Shown: in pieces, positions 19,938 to 29,852 of the stretch
Layout: every line of letters begins with the position of its first letter
How positions within the stretch are numbered: the first letter of the stretch is position 1
Source of the DNA: Candidatus Andersenbacteria bacterium RIFCSPHIGHO2_02_FULL_46_16
GTDB lineage: Bacteria; Patescibacteriota; Andersenbacteria; UBA10190
Assembly: GCA_001817065.1 (NCBI GenBank)
Contig: MHHQ01000025.1
Location: 55,528 to 119,527, forward strand
Direction: 5' to 3'
Length of the DNA stretch: 64,000 bases
Notes under the pieces: model-generated
Database searches by the model: none
Told to the model about the DNA's origin: nothing
What the model saw: only the letters and a program-made list of their open reading frames with translations
Translations under genes and position numbers: made by a program

Positions 19938-21136
19938 ATGGTTTCACCTACTGTTGACGCCCTGTGTTCCTGCAAGCAACTTTGCAATACTTCCTCATAT
20001 CTTTTGCCTACCCTAGACCAGTAAAAACCTTGTACCTCCTGCCTATTAATTTCTCCCATTTTCTGCCCTAACTTATGGTCACCCATCAATCTGTTCATCC
20101 CCTCAGCCATTACCTGTGCGTTTTTGGGTGGTACTAACAACGCGTTCCTCTCATGCACGAGGAAATCTGTCTGTCCCCCTTCCCACGTACCAATTATCGG
20201 CAGTCCTGACTCCATTGCTTCCAAAAATACAATACCAAACCCTTCGTGCTCGCTAGCGGAAATAAACCCATCTGCGACATCCAAAATATTTATTTTGTCT
20301 TCTTCACTCACGTATCCCAGCCAATGCATTCGCTCGCTCACTCCTAAGTCATAGGCTTTCTTTTTTAGATTATCTAATAACGGACCATCCCCCATGATTG
20401 CCAGATGTGCCTTCGTCGTCTTAGCCAAAGCCTCCAGCAGGCAGCCGTATCCTTTTCGGGGGATTAACCTGCCCAGAGATACAAACAGGGGTACTCCTTC
20501 CGGTAATCCCAATTCTCGGCGCGTCTTCTGGCCCGTGTGCGCCTTGGCGACTATCCCTAAGTTAATGACGACAATTTCCTTGGTTACCTTATGAATATCA
20601 ACTGCCCGTCTCTTCGTATCATGCGAAATAGCCGTGCATACCGTAGCCTGGTTAGATATCACTTTTACAATTTTCCGTAATAACCAATGTCGGTGAGGAG
20701 ACACTCCCTTTGTCGGATCAAATAAATCTCCGCCAATAAAACTAAGTACCATTGGTATATTAAAGCGACTAGCGATCCAGACCGCTGGCACACCAGACGG
20801 AATCACAAACTGTGCATTTACTACATCAAAATGATATTGTTTCACCAATTTTCTCGCCTTCCACCAAGCACTTGGTACAAATGTTATCATTGACATCAAC
20901 GACGCCACCGCCAAACTAGTTCTTCCCCATACAGCCACCCGATGGATATGTACCCTATTAACAACTGGCGCCGTGCTTTCCCCTCTATCATTCCAATCTT
21001 TGAACTTTCTGCTTGGCCGGCTAGTAATCACATGCACTTCATGGTTTGGTGCTAATTCTTCCGCAATGTATTTGGTAGCAATGCCTCCGCCGCCCCCTAG
21101 TGGCGGATACTCAAAATTGAAAATTAATATTTTCAT
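19934..21136 (-). CDS. GT4 family glycosyltransferase
   Basis: MKILIFNFEYPPLGGGGGIATKYIAEEL and EGFGIVFLEAMESGLPIIGTWEGGQTDFL. Confidence 0.8.
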   Translation of the reverse strand: MKILIFNFEYPPLGGGGGIATKYIAEELAPNHEVHVITSRPSRKFKDWNDRGESTAPVVNRVHIHRVAVWGRTSLAVASLMSMITFVPSAWWKARKLVKQYHFDVVNAQFVIPSGVPAVWIASRFNIPMVLSFIGGDLFDPTKGVSPHRHWLLRKIVKVISNQATVCTAISHDTKRRAVDIHKVTKEIVVINLGIVAKAHTGQKTRRELGLPEGVPLFVSLGRLIPRKGYGCLLEALAKTTKAHLAIMGDGPLLDNLKKKAYDLGVSERMHWLGYVSEEDKINILDVADGFISASEHEGFGIVFLEAMESGLPIIGTWEGGQTDFLVHERNALLVPPKNAQVMAEGMNRLMGDHKLGQKMGEINRQEVQGFYWSRVGKRYEEVLQSCLQEHRASTVGETI

Positions 21137-23280
21137 AAACCTTTTAGTACCTGCATAACCGGCTCCCTGATAATGACTGCTTGTGAGCGGCTATTTCTAA
21201 ATAATATTTTATTCTGTCCCGGTAAAGCGACTATGTCTAATGTCTGCCCGCCAATTTTTTCATTCCAATTTACTGCCATATTAACCTGACCCTCTATTTG
21301 CAGTAGGTCTGCTTCTGTCTGCCCCATTTTCCAGCCTAATTGAACATGCGCTGGTCCCTCGTTAATATTGTAGATCATTAAAGTAGCTACATCCTTAATG
21401 CCGGCTACCACCTCGTTGCTGTTTGGCTCTCTTCCAACTTCCCCCCAACCATTATCGCGGGCGACAAACACGCCATCGCCTGCCGGCAATTGACTAATAT
21501 CATACAGCCACACATCATCGACTACTTCCCGTTTTAGGCCGCTAGTCCTCTCTAAAAAATTAATTACAGCTTCTTTTTGCAGGTCGGATAATGAATCTGG
21601 ATGCACTAATATCTGACGGACGTCTAACCATCTGGCTACGTCCGCCAAAGTCTCCGTCATGTCCTGTTCCATAAATTCATCTCGCCCGTCCAATAAATGT
21701 CCTGTCCTTAAGTACAATAACTGCCGCAAAGCCGGCATCGACCTGACTTCATCATAGGCCTGCGCTCCTTCCGCCCTCTCGAGAGCGATATTGTTTAATA
21801 CCTTTTTACCATGTGTCAAACTACCAAACAGTGCTCTCGATGCTACTGTATAGTTCGTTGCTGTGGGAATCTCAATAATAGCCACGCCTGGCCGATCTTT
21901 AATCACACTATAGACTCTTGGTATATACGCAGACATCATTGGCATTGGAATAAATACAAACTCCAGGATAATAAACAGTGCTATTATGCTGGCAATGCCA
22001 ATTCTCTTCACTTGCGTCGCCAGTACCCAGCCAAATAAGACCATCCAGGCCAGGTTTACCATCACACCTGCTCTAGCCACCGTACGCACAGCGTTCATCA
22101 CCGGCCACTGATTAACTAATTCCCATGGCAATGGTATACCAGTTATGTATCCCAACAAATGCAATTTCGGACCGAGGCTAATTACTCCAAACAAACCGGC
22201 TGTGATTAACCAAAACTTTAGCTGCTTACTTGGTACTCTTTGCCAAAAGAAGCCAACCATTAATATGGGCAATAAACCGACAAACAAAGTTGCTTCCTCC
22301 ACATTACCCGTAAAATAATTTCCCCATACCTTGCTCGCCGCTGTTCCCCAAAGCGAATGGAACGACGCCGGCACTACATATGCAAACGGATCAGCGGAAT
22401 ACCTGATTATTTGTTCTTGTCCCAGATACAATTGGCTATTTTCTTGTCCGGCTAATTTGATCGTTGGCCCCAAAGACAGCCCCACGGTTATTGTCACTCC
22501 AATCACCAGCAGCCATAAATACCAACGGCCCATCTCATCTCGGCTAAATTCTCTCACTTCTGCTCTAAAATAAACGACATACCATATACCAAAGACTATT
22601 AGCCACAATAAATAATGGTGTTCCGTCCAAGCCTGCAAGGTGACCAAGCTGATCAATATTAATGTCTTGACTAAGCTTGGCTTTCTGACTAACGCCCAGC
22701 CTGTCAATATAATTAACGGCAGCCACTGAATTTGCATCGCACCAAAATGTCCTCTGGCATGCGCCACGTGATAAGGCAACAGCATATAAGCCAATCCTGC
22801 TAAGAAACCTGGCGCTTCTTCCACTAATTTATTCCAACTGCTTTTTGTCTCACTGACGGAATCTACTCTGACGCTGCCATATGTCTTAATCAGCCAGCTG
22901 ACTAACAAGTACATTCCATATCCGGCTAAAACGAAACTGCAGAGCCAAATAATATTGTAACCGACCACTACTCCAAATAAGCCTACTATTGGTAGCCACG
23001 GCCAAACCGATAAATTTACCAGCCTGGCTTCACCTTGCCCCAGGAACTCCCGTTTGATTATGTCTATCGTGTGACCTTCTTCCCAAGACTGGCTCAACAT
23101 CTCTACTTTCTCCTCCATCCGCCACATGGTCTGCCATGGATCTCCACCCGATCCAGCTATATGCGTTCCCACATTAACTGCGACCGGCCAGGTTAAGATA
23201 ATGACCAACCCCGTATAGATGACCACCACACCGATATGTTTTACAATCTGATTTTTCATTCTCTTTAGTAACGGTAGCAT
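21133..23280 (-). CDS. Large polytopic membrane protein, putative GT-C-type (GtrC/YfhO-like) glycosyltransferase
   Basis: 715 aa with about 13 TM helices and a C-terminal soluble domain. It is divergently transcribed from a GtrB-like GT2 plus a small membrane protein. No definitive family motif was recognised. Confidence 0.45.
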   Translation of the reverse strand: MLPLLKRMKNQIVKHIGVVVIYTGLVIILTWPVAVNVGTHIAGSGGDPWQTMWRMEEKVEMLSQSWEEGHTIDIIKREFLGQGEARLVNLSVWPWLPIVGLFGVVVGYNIIWLCSFVLAGYGMYLLVSWLIKTYGSVRVDSVSETKSSWNKLVEEAPGFLAGLAYMLLPYHVAHARGHFGAMQIQWLPLIILTGWALVRKPSLVKTLILISLVTLQAWTEHHYLLWLIVFGIWYVVYFRAEVREFSRDEMGRWYLWLLVIGVTITVGLSLGPTIKLAGQENSQLYLGQEQIIRYSADPFAYVVPASFHSLWGTAASKVWGNYFTGNVEEATLFVGLLPILMVGFFWQRVPSKQLKFWLITAGLFGVISLGPKLHLLGYITGIPLPWELVNQWPVMNAVRTVARAGVMVNLAWMVLFGWVLATQVKRIGIASIIALFIILEFVFIPMPMMSAYIPRVYSVIKDRPGVAIIEIPTATNYTVASRALFGSLTHGKKVLNNIALERAEGAQAYDEVRSMPALRQLLYLRTGHLLDGRDEFMEQDMTETLADVARWLDVRQILVHPDSLSDLQKEAVINFLERTSGLKREVVDDVWLYDISQLPAGDGVFVARDNGWGEVGREPNSNEVVAGIKDVATLMIYNINEGPAHVQLGWKMGQTEADLLQIEGQVNMAVNWNEKIGGQTLDIVALPGQNKILFRNSRSQAVIIREPVMQVLKGL

Positions 23281-23378
23281 ATTGAATCAATAATCAGCCC
23301 TCTCGTCAAACTAAATTATCTCGCAATATCCACACCCGTGGCAATTGCTCGTCTCCTTGTCTAATGTAGTCTAAATAG

Positions 23379-24080
23379 ATGGAAACACTAAACGGACAAA
23401 ACGCTAATGTTGTTATTGTAATTCCAGCCTATAATGAAGCCTCTGTCATCAGTTCTGTTATTGAGTCGACAATAAATCATGGTTATTCATCGATCATTGT
23501 CGTCGATGATGGCTCCACCGACCAGACTTCTCAGATGGCCGTACAGTCTGGCGCTATAGTTGTTACCCACCGCATCAACCGGGGCAAAGGTGCAGCAACT
23601 AAGACTGGGCTAGAAGCCGCTCGGCTCTTATCCTCTGCGATTGTTGTCACTATGGATGCTGACGGGCAGCATCATCCTCAGGATATAGACGCTCTCATCG
23701 CCCCTCTTAAACTCAATCTTTGTGATGTCACGCTTGGCACTCGACCAAAAAATACAGCCGCCATGCCGGTGACACGTATCCTCTCTAACCACATCGCTAA
23801 TTTTGTAACATGGACTTTCTTTGGACTCTACGTGCAAGATAGTCAGTCTGGTTTTCGTGCCTATACTAATAAAGCCTTACGCCTAATCTCCACTTCAGCT
23901 GACGCCTATGACTATGAAAGCGAAGTTATCCGAGAGATCCGTCGCCATCGACTAATTTACAAGGAAGTGCCAATTGGCGTACATTACACAGACTATTCTA
24001 TGTCCAAACCAACTCGCCAGGACTTTTCGAATGGTCTCAAGACTCTTTATAAAATTATCTGGAAAGTAATATCATTCTAA
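23379..24080 (+). CDS. GT2 polyprenyl-phosphate glycosyltransferase (GtrB/DPM1-like)
   Basis: VVIVIPAYNEASVISSVI...IIVVDDGSTDQTSQMA...GKGAATKTGLEAA...VVTMDADGQHHP. Confidence 0.8.
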   Translation: METLNGQNANVVIVIPAYNEASVISSVIESTINHGYSSIIVVDDGSTDQTSQMAVQSGAIVVTHRINRGKGAATKTGLEAARLLSSAIVVTMDADGQHHPQDIDALIAPLKLNLCDVTLGTRPKNTAAMPVTRILSNHIANFVTWTFFGLYVQDSQSGFRAYTNKALRLISTSADAYDYESEVIREIRRHRLIYKEVPIGVHYTDYSMSKPTRQDFSNGLKTLYKIIWKVISF

Positions 24081-24083
24081 CTA

Positions 24084-24437
24084 ATGCGTATTGGAGACCT
24101 TCAATTTTATCAGATTGCCGTCCTGCTCATTTCACTGGTCATGATTTATTTTGGCTTGGAGAAATACTTTCAGCGTCAAGCCACCCAAACTTTTTTTAAG
24201 CTTCTAGTCCGCATTGTTGTCTGGGGTGGTATGTCCTTAGTCGCTCTTTTCCCTCGCTTGACCGATCAAATTGCCTCCTTCATTGGCATTGCAGAAAACG
24301 TCAACGCCGTCATTATGCTTGGTTTTTTGCTGGTATTCTTGCTGATCTTCAAAATTTTATCTGTCGTCGAACGCTTAGAGCAGCAAATATCCACCCTTAT
24401 TCGTCAGGACGCTCTCGATAACTTTAAAAAAAAATGA
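24084..24437 (+). CDS. Small 3-4 TM membrane protein (GtrA-like or DUF2304-like) partnered with the GT2
   Basis: 117 aa with three or four hydrophobic helices (IAVLLISLVMIYFGL, VVWGGMSLVALF, VIMLGFLLVFLLIFKIL). Its stop overlaps the next gene. The position and size match small flippase-like partners of GtrB-type enzymes. Confidence 0.45.
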   Translation: MRIGDLQFYQIAVLLISLVMIYFGLEKYFQRQATQTFFKLLVRIVVWGGMSLVALFPRLTDQIASFIGIAENVNAVIMLGFLLVFLLIFKILSVVERLEQQISTLIRQDALDNFKKK

Positions 24438-25687
24438 TTTCGTCCGTACCTACCACGCGGACCAGCTCATCCTCTTCTTGTTCATCAGCTTCTCAGTCAT
24501 CAGCACCACTCTCCAACAGTACTGTCTATCGGATCTTATCATTCTGTCCATATTATCCGCCCCACGTCGGCGGTCTAGAAAAATCTACCGAGGAACTGCA
24601 CCAATTATTTGTAAATTATGGCCACCGAGTGACTATTTTTACCTCCGCCATACCTTCGCCAACAACTGCTTCACTTTCTACCTCCAACCTTTCAGTTATC
24701 CATTACCCGGCTTTCGATATTATCTTTGGGTATCCAGTGCCTAAATTCTGGACAATTACATTTTGGCGGGATTGGCATAGTCTATTTAATACTCCCTACG
24801 ACATAGTTTTATCCTCAACGCGTTTCTTTTTGTCTTCCTTACTAGCTTTGATTTTTGCCCGAATGAAACAATTGCCGCATCTGCACATCGAACACGGTAG
24901 TGACTACGTGCAAACGGACAATAAAATTGTCTCTCTCCTGGCCCGCCTCTACGATGAAACCATCGGCCGTTTTGTTCTGCGCCATTCTACCTGCAACATC
25001 TCACCTTCTCGCTCCGCTCAGCATTTTGTCTATCGTTTCGATTCTCGCCCATCGCCTATTGTTTATCGTGGAGTCAACGCTAGCTTGATTGACAATATTC
25101 CTTCATCTACACCTTTTTCGCTTAAAGCAGAACAATTATTGCTAGTATTTGCTGGTCGTTTAATTGATGCCAAGGGAATACCTGACCTTATTCAGGCATG
25201 CAGTAGACTTCCCCGTTCCCGCTATCGTCTCGCCATCATCGGCGCAGGTCCCATGCAGCCGCTCTTAACCTCCCAAGTATCCCGGCTAAATTTAACGTCC
25301 AATATTCATTTTCTCGGCCAGCTTTCCCACCACAAAACCATCAGTATCCTAAAATCTGCCGATGTTTGTATAAATCCCAGCTACAACGAAGGTCTGCCGA
25401 CCATTCTGCTAGAGGCTGGCCTAGCCGGCTGCGCTCTTGTTGCCAGTAACGTAGGCGGTACTTCAGAAATAATCAGCCATCAATATTCCGGATTACTTTA
25501 CCAGCCTGGTGATAACAAAGCCTTAAATGCTTGCCTATCATTGTTATTGGAGAAGCCGCTCCTGCGGCAACACCTAGCCTCGACCGCTAAAAACTCCATT
25601 ATCCGCCGCTTTAACTGGTCCACTACTTATAGCCACTACTTAAATCTCTTTCATCAATACATCACCCATGACCCTGCAAAAACTTAA
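24434..25687 (+). CDS. GT4 family glycosyltransferase with a Ser-rich low-complexity N-terminus
   Basis: EGLPTILLEAGLAGCALVASNVGGTSEII is the GT4 motif. N-terminus MISSVPTTRTSSSSSCSSASQSSAPLSNS. Confidence 0.75.
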   Translation: MISSVPTTRTSSSSSCSSASQSSAPLSNSTVYRILSFCPYYPPHVGGLEKSTEELHQLFVNYGHRVTIFTSAIPSPTTASLSTSNLSVIHYPAFDIIFGYPVPKFWTITFWRDWHSLFNTPYDIVLSSTRFFLSSLLALIFARMKQLPHLHIEHGSDYVQTDNKIVSLLARLYDETIGRFVLRHSTCNISPSRSAQHFVYRFDSRPSPIVYRGVNASLIDNIPSSTPFSLKAEQLLLVFAGRLIDAKGIPDLIQACSRLPRSRYRLAIIGAGPMQPLLTSQVSRLNLTSNIHFLGQLSHHKTISILKSADVCINPSYNEGLPTILLEAGLAGCALVASNVGGTSEIISHQYSGLLYQPGDNKALNACLSLLLEKPLLRQHLASTAKNSIIRRFNWSTTYSHYLNLFHQYITHDPAKT

Positions 25688-27599
25688 CATTCTGCTTCTG
25701 CTGCTCTGGACCATTACCGGTAGTTTAACCCAGTTGGTCACCTCGCCTTTATGGTCCATCATTTTTACCATATTAACCTTTATTATTGTCTTTATTATGT
25801 CTGGAGTAAGTTTGTACTACTCACTTTTTTACCGTCACCAATTCATCATTAACGATGCCGTATTACTCACCAGTGTTGGCCTTATTTTCAGCATTTTCTT
25901 TATTCCGTTAGTTCTCTTCTTAACTGACTTAGTACTGCCCATCAACCACCCTTTAATCCTTAGCTTTATTTATATCGCCTTTCTCCTGCTGCCCTTACTC
26001 CGTGCACCCCTACCGTTCCTTGCGCTTCCGCCATTACGCCATTCCTACATTCTTAAAATTATTCGTCACCCTGTATTCCTCTCCTTTGCATTAATCCTTA
26101 CCACGCATTTAGTTTGCCTCAACCAATACAGTTTCCTGCCCGGTCTAGATGCCTATACGTGGCTGTTAAAATATGAAGTCAGCTTATCTTCGCAAATCTA
26201 TGATCTCTCCGCCGGTCCCAATCGCATTTTGTTTTCCACTTTAGTTGCTGTTTTCCATCAACTTTCCCACGCACCCTTCTTCTCTATATTTAAGTACTGG
26301 TTTCCTCTCTTATCGCTGCTCCCCCTCTTTCCTCTCTGGCTTATTGCCCGCACTTTTAAAAGCCCATTACATCAATTACTTCTCCTGTTATCTCCCCTAG
26401 CTTCGCCAGCCCTTATCCTAGACTGGGAAACCACCCGCCATCATGTGGTACTATTGCTATTTCTTTATCTATCATTAGGCCTATTATTTACTGCTCACCG
26501 TTATCAACAACCGATTTTATTTCACTTAACCTTCCTAGCCTCTTTCATTGGCCTCCTCTATCATCCCCTTTTTCTTATCCTTATTATATTTTGGTTATTC
26601 TCCGCTTTGATGATCCATCGCCCATTTATCAACCAACACCCCTTAATTACCATCTCCGCTGCTTTTCTGTTTTTTATAGTCGCTCATTTTCTTAATATCA
26701 CTTCTCTCTTTACTAACATTTTTATCCGCCTAAGTGCTGCTACCTCTAATTTTATTAATTTCCGCTGGAACTTACGATACCCCGCTGCTTTCATCGGTGA
26801 GGGCATGTCGATGGGATGGCCCGGATTAACGGGAGTATTGAAATATTATGGTTATTACGCCGGTCCCTTGACCCTTGCTATCCTATTGACCACTTTTCTC
26901 TTTATTTATTTCTTTCCCGCCTTTCGCCGCCGCATTTTTCAAGTCCTTTGCACCCCCTTCTTGGTACCGATCTCCTCTTTTTTACTTATACTGCTTTTTC
27001 TTGCTGAAATATTACCTCGCTTCGCCGGTATTGCTTACTTACCGGACCGCGCCTGGCTTCTTATTGGCATACCGACAATTATTTTTATTCCTTTTCTGTT
27101 CAACTTTACTTCTTCACAACGTCTGCAAGTCCTTCTTCTTTCCCTCTATTCTGTCGCTTTGCTAATCAGTGTTACGGGAACTATATACATTAATCATGCC
27201 TTAGCTTTTAGCATTCCTGATTACGAACTAACCGCTGCTGCTTGGATGAAAGATAATTTACCCTCCAACGCTCATGTTTTTACTAGCTCCTCTAAAAATA
27301 TCCTGCGTTATTATGCTCGTGTTAAGCTTCTATGGATGGATCCACGTGTTATTACCTCCGACAATTCCGAGGCAATCCTGTCACGTGTCGGTGAATATCA
27401 CGACATAATTGATCCAACCAAAACATATATCTACTACGCTGTCACTGATCCTCGCAATCCTTTCGTTGAACGTCAATATGTCAGTAGCTTTACTCAAGCT
27501 CGTCCGCCATCGCTATTTCCCGCCCTGACATCCCACCCAGATAAATTTGAATTAGTCTACTCTAAACTCAATCTCGTCTATTTATGGCGTATTAAGTAG
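25668..27599 (+). CDS. Polytopic membrane protein (about 13 TM plus a C-terminal soluble domain), tandem paralog A; putative GT-C-type transferase or polymerase
   Basis: Colinear similarity with the next gene: FLPGLDAYTWLL/FLPVPDTYSWLI; FKYWFPLLSLLPLFPLWLIAR/FKYFLPFLSLLILPPLWLAAR; GMSMGWPGLTGVLKYYGYYAGP/GYEMSWPGFFGVIKYYAYYAGP; SSSKNILRYYA/SSSKNIIRYHA. No WWDYG motif. Confidence 0.5.
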   Translation: MTLQKLNILLLLLWTITGSLTQLVTSPLWSIIFTILTFIIVFIMSGVSLYYSLFYRHQFIINDAVLLTSVGLIFSIFFIPLVLFLTDLVLPINHPLILSFIYIAFLLLPLLRAPLPFLALPPLRHSYILKIIRHPVFLSFALILTTHLVCLNQYSFLPGLDAYTWLLKYEVSLSSQIYDLSAGPNRILFSTLVAVFHQLSHAPFFSIFKYWFPLLSLLPLFPLWLIARTFKSPLHQLLLLLSPLASPALILDWETTRHHVVLLLFLYLSLGLLFTAHRYQQPILFHLTFLASFIGLLYHPLFLILIIFWLFSALMIHRPFINQHPLITISAAFLFFIVAHFLNITSLFTNIFIRLSAATSNFINFRWNLRYPAAFIGEGMSMGWPGLTGVLKYYGYYAGPLTLAILLTTFLFIYFFPAFRRRIFQVLCTPFLVPISSFLLILLFLAEILPRFAGIAYLPDRAWLLIGIPTIIFIPFLFNFTSSQRLQVLLLSLYSVALLISVTGTIYINHALAFSIPDYELTAAAWMKDNLPSNAHVFTSSSKNILRYYARVKLLWMDPRVITSDNSEAILSRVGEYHDIIDPTKTYIYYAVTDPRNPFVERQYVSSFTQARPPSLFPALTSHPDKFELVYSKLNLVYLWRIK

Positions 27600-27608
27600 T
27601 GATAAATC

Positions 27609-29852
27609 ATGACTAAGCAGCAAATCAACTTATTCAATTCCTTTTCGCTAGTATTAACTTCAGCAATTTGGTTTCTTCCATCAGCATCCTTCTTTCTCTC
27701 CATCAAACCAGGTTTTGTTATTCTAGTCGCCTTTTTCGTCCTTTTTGTACCCGGCGCTAATATCGTCTATTTGGTTGAAAAGATTACTCGTCAAAACTAC
27801 CAATTTTCAATTTTCGTTTCACTAGCCATTATCTCTTCATTGACGATCCCACCATTTTTCTTAGCTACCGTTTATCAGCGCCTAAGTTTTATTGATGCGT
27901 CCCTTGTCTTATCTGTTTACACCTCGTTCTTGCTCGTTCCATCATTATATTCATCTATCAGCTTCATACTTCGCCGCTGGTACCAACCTGAATCAGAAAA
28001 ATTACTTGTCTTTCCCAAGGTAGTTTTTCCCTCAACCCTACTCCATCCTTTTTCTCTTGTTTTCCTGTTATCCATCGCTGCTTTGTTTTTTAATCTAACT
28101 CGTTATTCGTTCCTGCCAGTTCCTGATACCTACTCCTGGTTAATTGATTTTTCCCAAAATTTTTCTATTAACCAACTATCTCTCGCCACCGATTATGCCC
28201 GCCGGTCTTTTTCCGCTTTACTGGCTGCTTTCTTTTACCTGGGCCACTTAGACCCCTATTTTACTTTTAAATACTTTTTACCATTTCTATCTCTACTGAT
28301 TTTACCTCCGTTATGGCTGGCTGCCCGATTGTTATCCGGCCGTTTTTGGCAGTTTATTTTTCTTTTCACCGCCATCTTTATTTCCCCCACCATAATTCTT
28401 GAAGTTACTTATATTCGCCAGCAGGTAATTTTCCTGATATTTCTTTATTTCATGGTTGGACTGCACCTCCATGCTATTCACGCGAAAGACAAAACCATAT
28501 TCTATCTGTTATTCATACTCGCCCTGTTTGGTACCACTATCCATCCAGCATTTCTGATTATCATTTTGACTAATTTTGTCGCATGGTTATTTACTCATCA
28601 GACACTCACCCGCCGCTATCAGTTGCTTACATTGCTGGGCATCATCATATTATTTCCCCTAGCCCAAAAAGCCACCATTATTAATATGTTCATCAGAATA
28701 TATGAGCAAGCCAGAGCTTCTCTAGTTAACGCGTTAATTGGCCATTGGAATCTCAATTTTCCCTCCCACTATATTAATAGCGATGGTTATGAAATGAGCT
28801 GGCCAGGATTTTTTGGCGTCATAAAATATTACGCTTATTATGCCGGCCCCGTCTCCCTTACTGTCCTTATTATCTTTACCCTCTGGCTTTTCACCCATCA
28901 GCGCTTTCGGCAATCATTCATTTCACAAATACGCGACGTCTCTGCTGCTTCTATCGCTTTACCATACGTATTATTCTTTTTTATTGCTGAGATCGCTCCA
29001 CGCTTTGGCCATATCGCCTTCTTGCCCGAGCGTGCCTGGCAATATCTAAATATCTTATCCATATTCTTCCTTTTCTTCTTAATCAAAGACCAACCACCTA
29101 TACGCTTTTCTGGCCCTTTACGATCCTACCTTCCCCCCGTTCTACTAATTTTATTTGCGATTATTTCTTTTTACGGTGCATCATACATCAACTACCTCAA
29201 CCAATATTCTCTGCCTGACTATGAATTCAAAGCGGCACGCTGGATGGCCAACCACTTGGACGCTTCTAGCCTTGTCTACTCCAGTTCGTCGAAAAATATT
29301 ATCCGCTACCATGCCAACAAAAATTTTATTGGCCTTAATGACGCTATTTATAGCGAATCCAACCCTGCCATCATTCTAGACCATTTATATGAACAGCTAC
29401 CCCTAACCCCCGATGTATCTGCCAATTTAACGCGTATTTCCACCAAATTATCTGAGATTAGAGACATTGCTGCCGTCGCTAAAACATCACTCGACCAAGC
29501 GATTCAATTACGTCATCTTTCGCCTGACACATACCAAACTATCGACACTACTGTTACCACCCTCCAAACGGCTCTGGCTGAAATTGCCGGTGACAACAAC
29601 GCCACCAACATCTACCATCAAACTCATGTTCAATTCATGCAAAAACTGCCACCTTTATATATTTTTTACTCTACCACTCACCCTAAAAATCCCCTGGCTT
29701 CACGCCCCTACAAATCTTCCTTTACTGCGAACCAAAATATTAATGACTTTCCCGCTCTCGACCATTACCCCCAATACTTTTCTCGAGTATACACGGACGA
29801 TAATAACGTGATAATTTGGCAAGTAAAGGTTAATACTTTTTTACCATCATGA
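27609..29852 (+). CDS. Polytopic membrane protein, tandem paralog B, with an extra C-terminal insertion of about 100 aa
   Basis: Same motif series as paralog A. It additionally carries DVSANLTRISTKLSEIRDIAAVAKTSLDQAIQLRHLSPDTYQTIDTTVTTLQTALAEIAGDNNATNIYHQTHVQFMQKL, which is absent from A. Confidence 0.5.
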   Translation: MTKQQINLFNSFSLVLTSAIWFLPSASFFLSIKPGFVILVAFFVLFVPGANIVYLVEKITRQNYQFSIFVSLAIISSLTIPPFFLATVYQRLSFIDASLVLSVYTSFLLVPSLYSSISFILRRWYQPESEKLLVFPKVVFPSTLLHPFSLVFLLSIAALFFNLTRYSFLPVPDTYSWLIDFSQNFSINQLSLATDYARRSFSALLAAFFYLGHLDPYFTFKYFLPFLSLLILPPLWLAARLLSGRFWQFIFLFTAIFISPTIILEVTYIRQQVIFLIFLYFMVGLHLHAIHAKDKTIFYLLFILALFGTTIHPAFLIIILTNFVAWLFTHQTLTRRYQLLTLLGIIILFPLAQKATIINMFIRIYEQARASLVNALIGHWNLNFPSHYINSDGYEMSWPGFFGVIKYYAYYAGPVSLTVLIIFTLWLFTHQRFRQSFISQIRDVSAASIALPYVLFFFIAEIAPRFGHIAFLPERAWQYLNILSIFFLFFLIKDQPPIRFSGPLRSYLPPVLLILFAIISFYGASYINYLNQYSLPDYEFKAARWMANHLDASSLVYSSSSKNIIRYHANKNFIGLNDAIYSESNPAIILDHLYEQLPLTPDVSANLTRISTKLSEIRDIAAVAKTSLDQAIQLRHLSPDTYQTIDTTVTTLQTALAEIAGDNNATNIYHQTHVQFMQKLPPLYIFYSTTHPKNPLASRPYKSSFTANQNINDFPALDHYPQYFSRVYTDDNNVIIWQVKVNTFLPS

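Noticed and set aside
25668-29852. Calling the tandem 13-TM proteins oligosaccharyltransferases (PglB/AglB)
   Set aside because: No WWDYG or DK/MI motifs are present in either C-terminal domain. They are kept as generic GT-C-like or polymerase-like.
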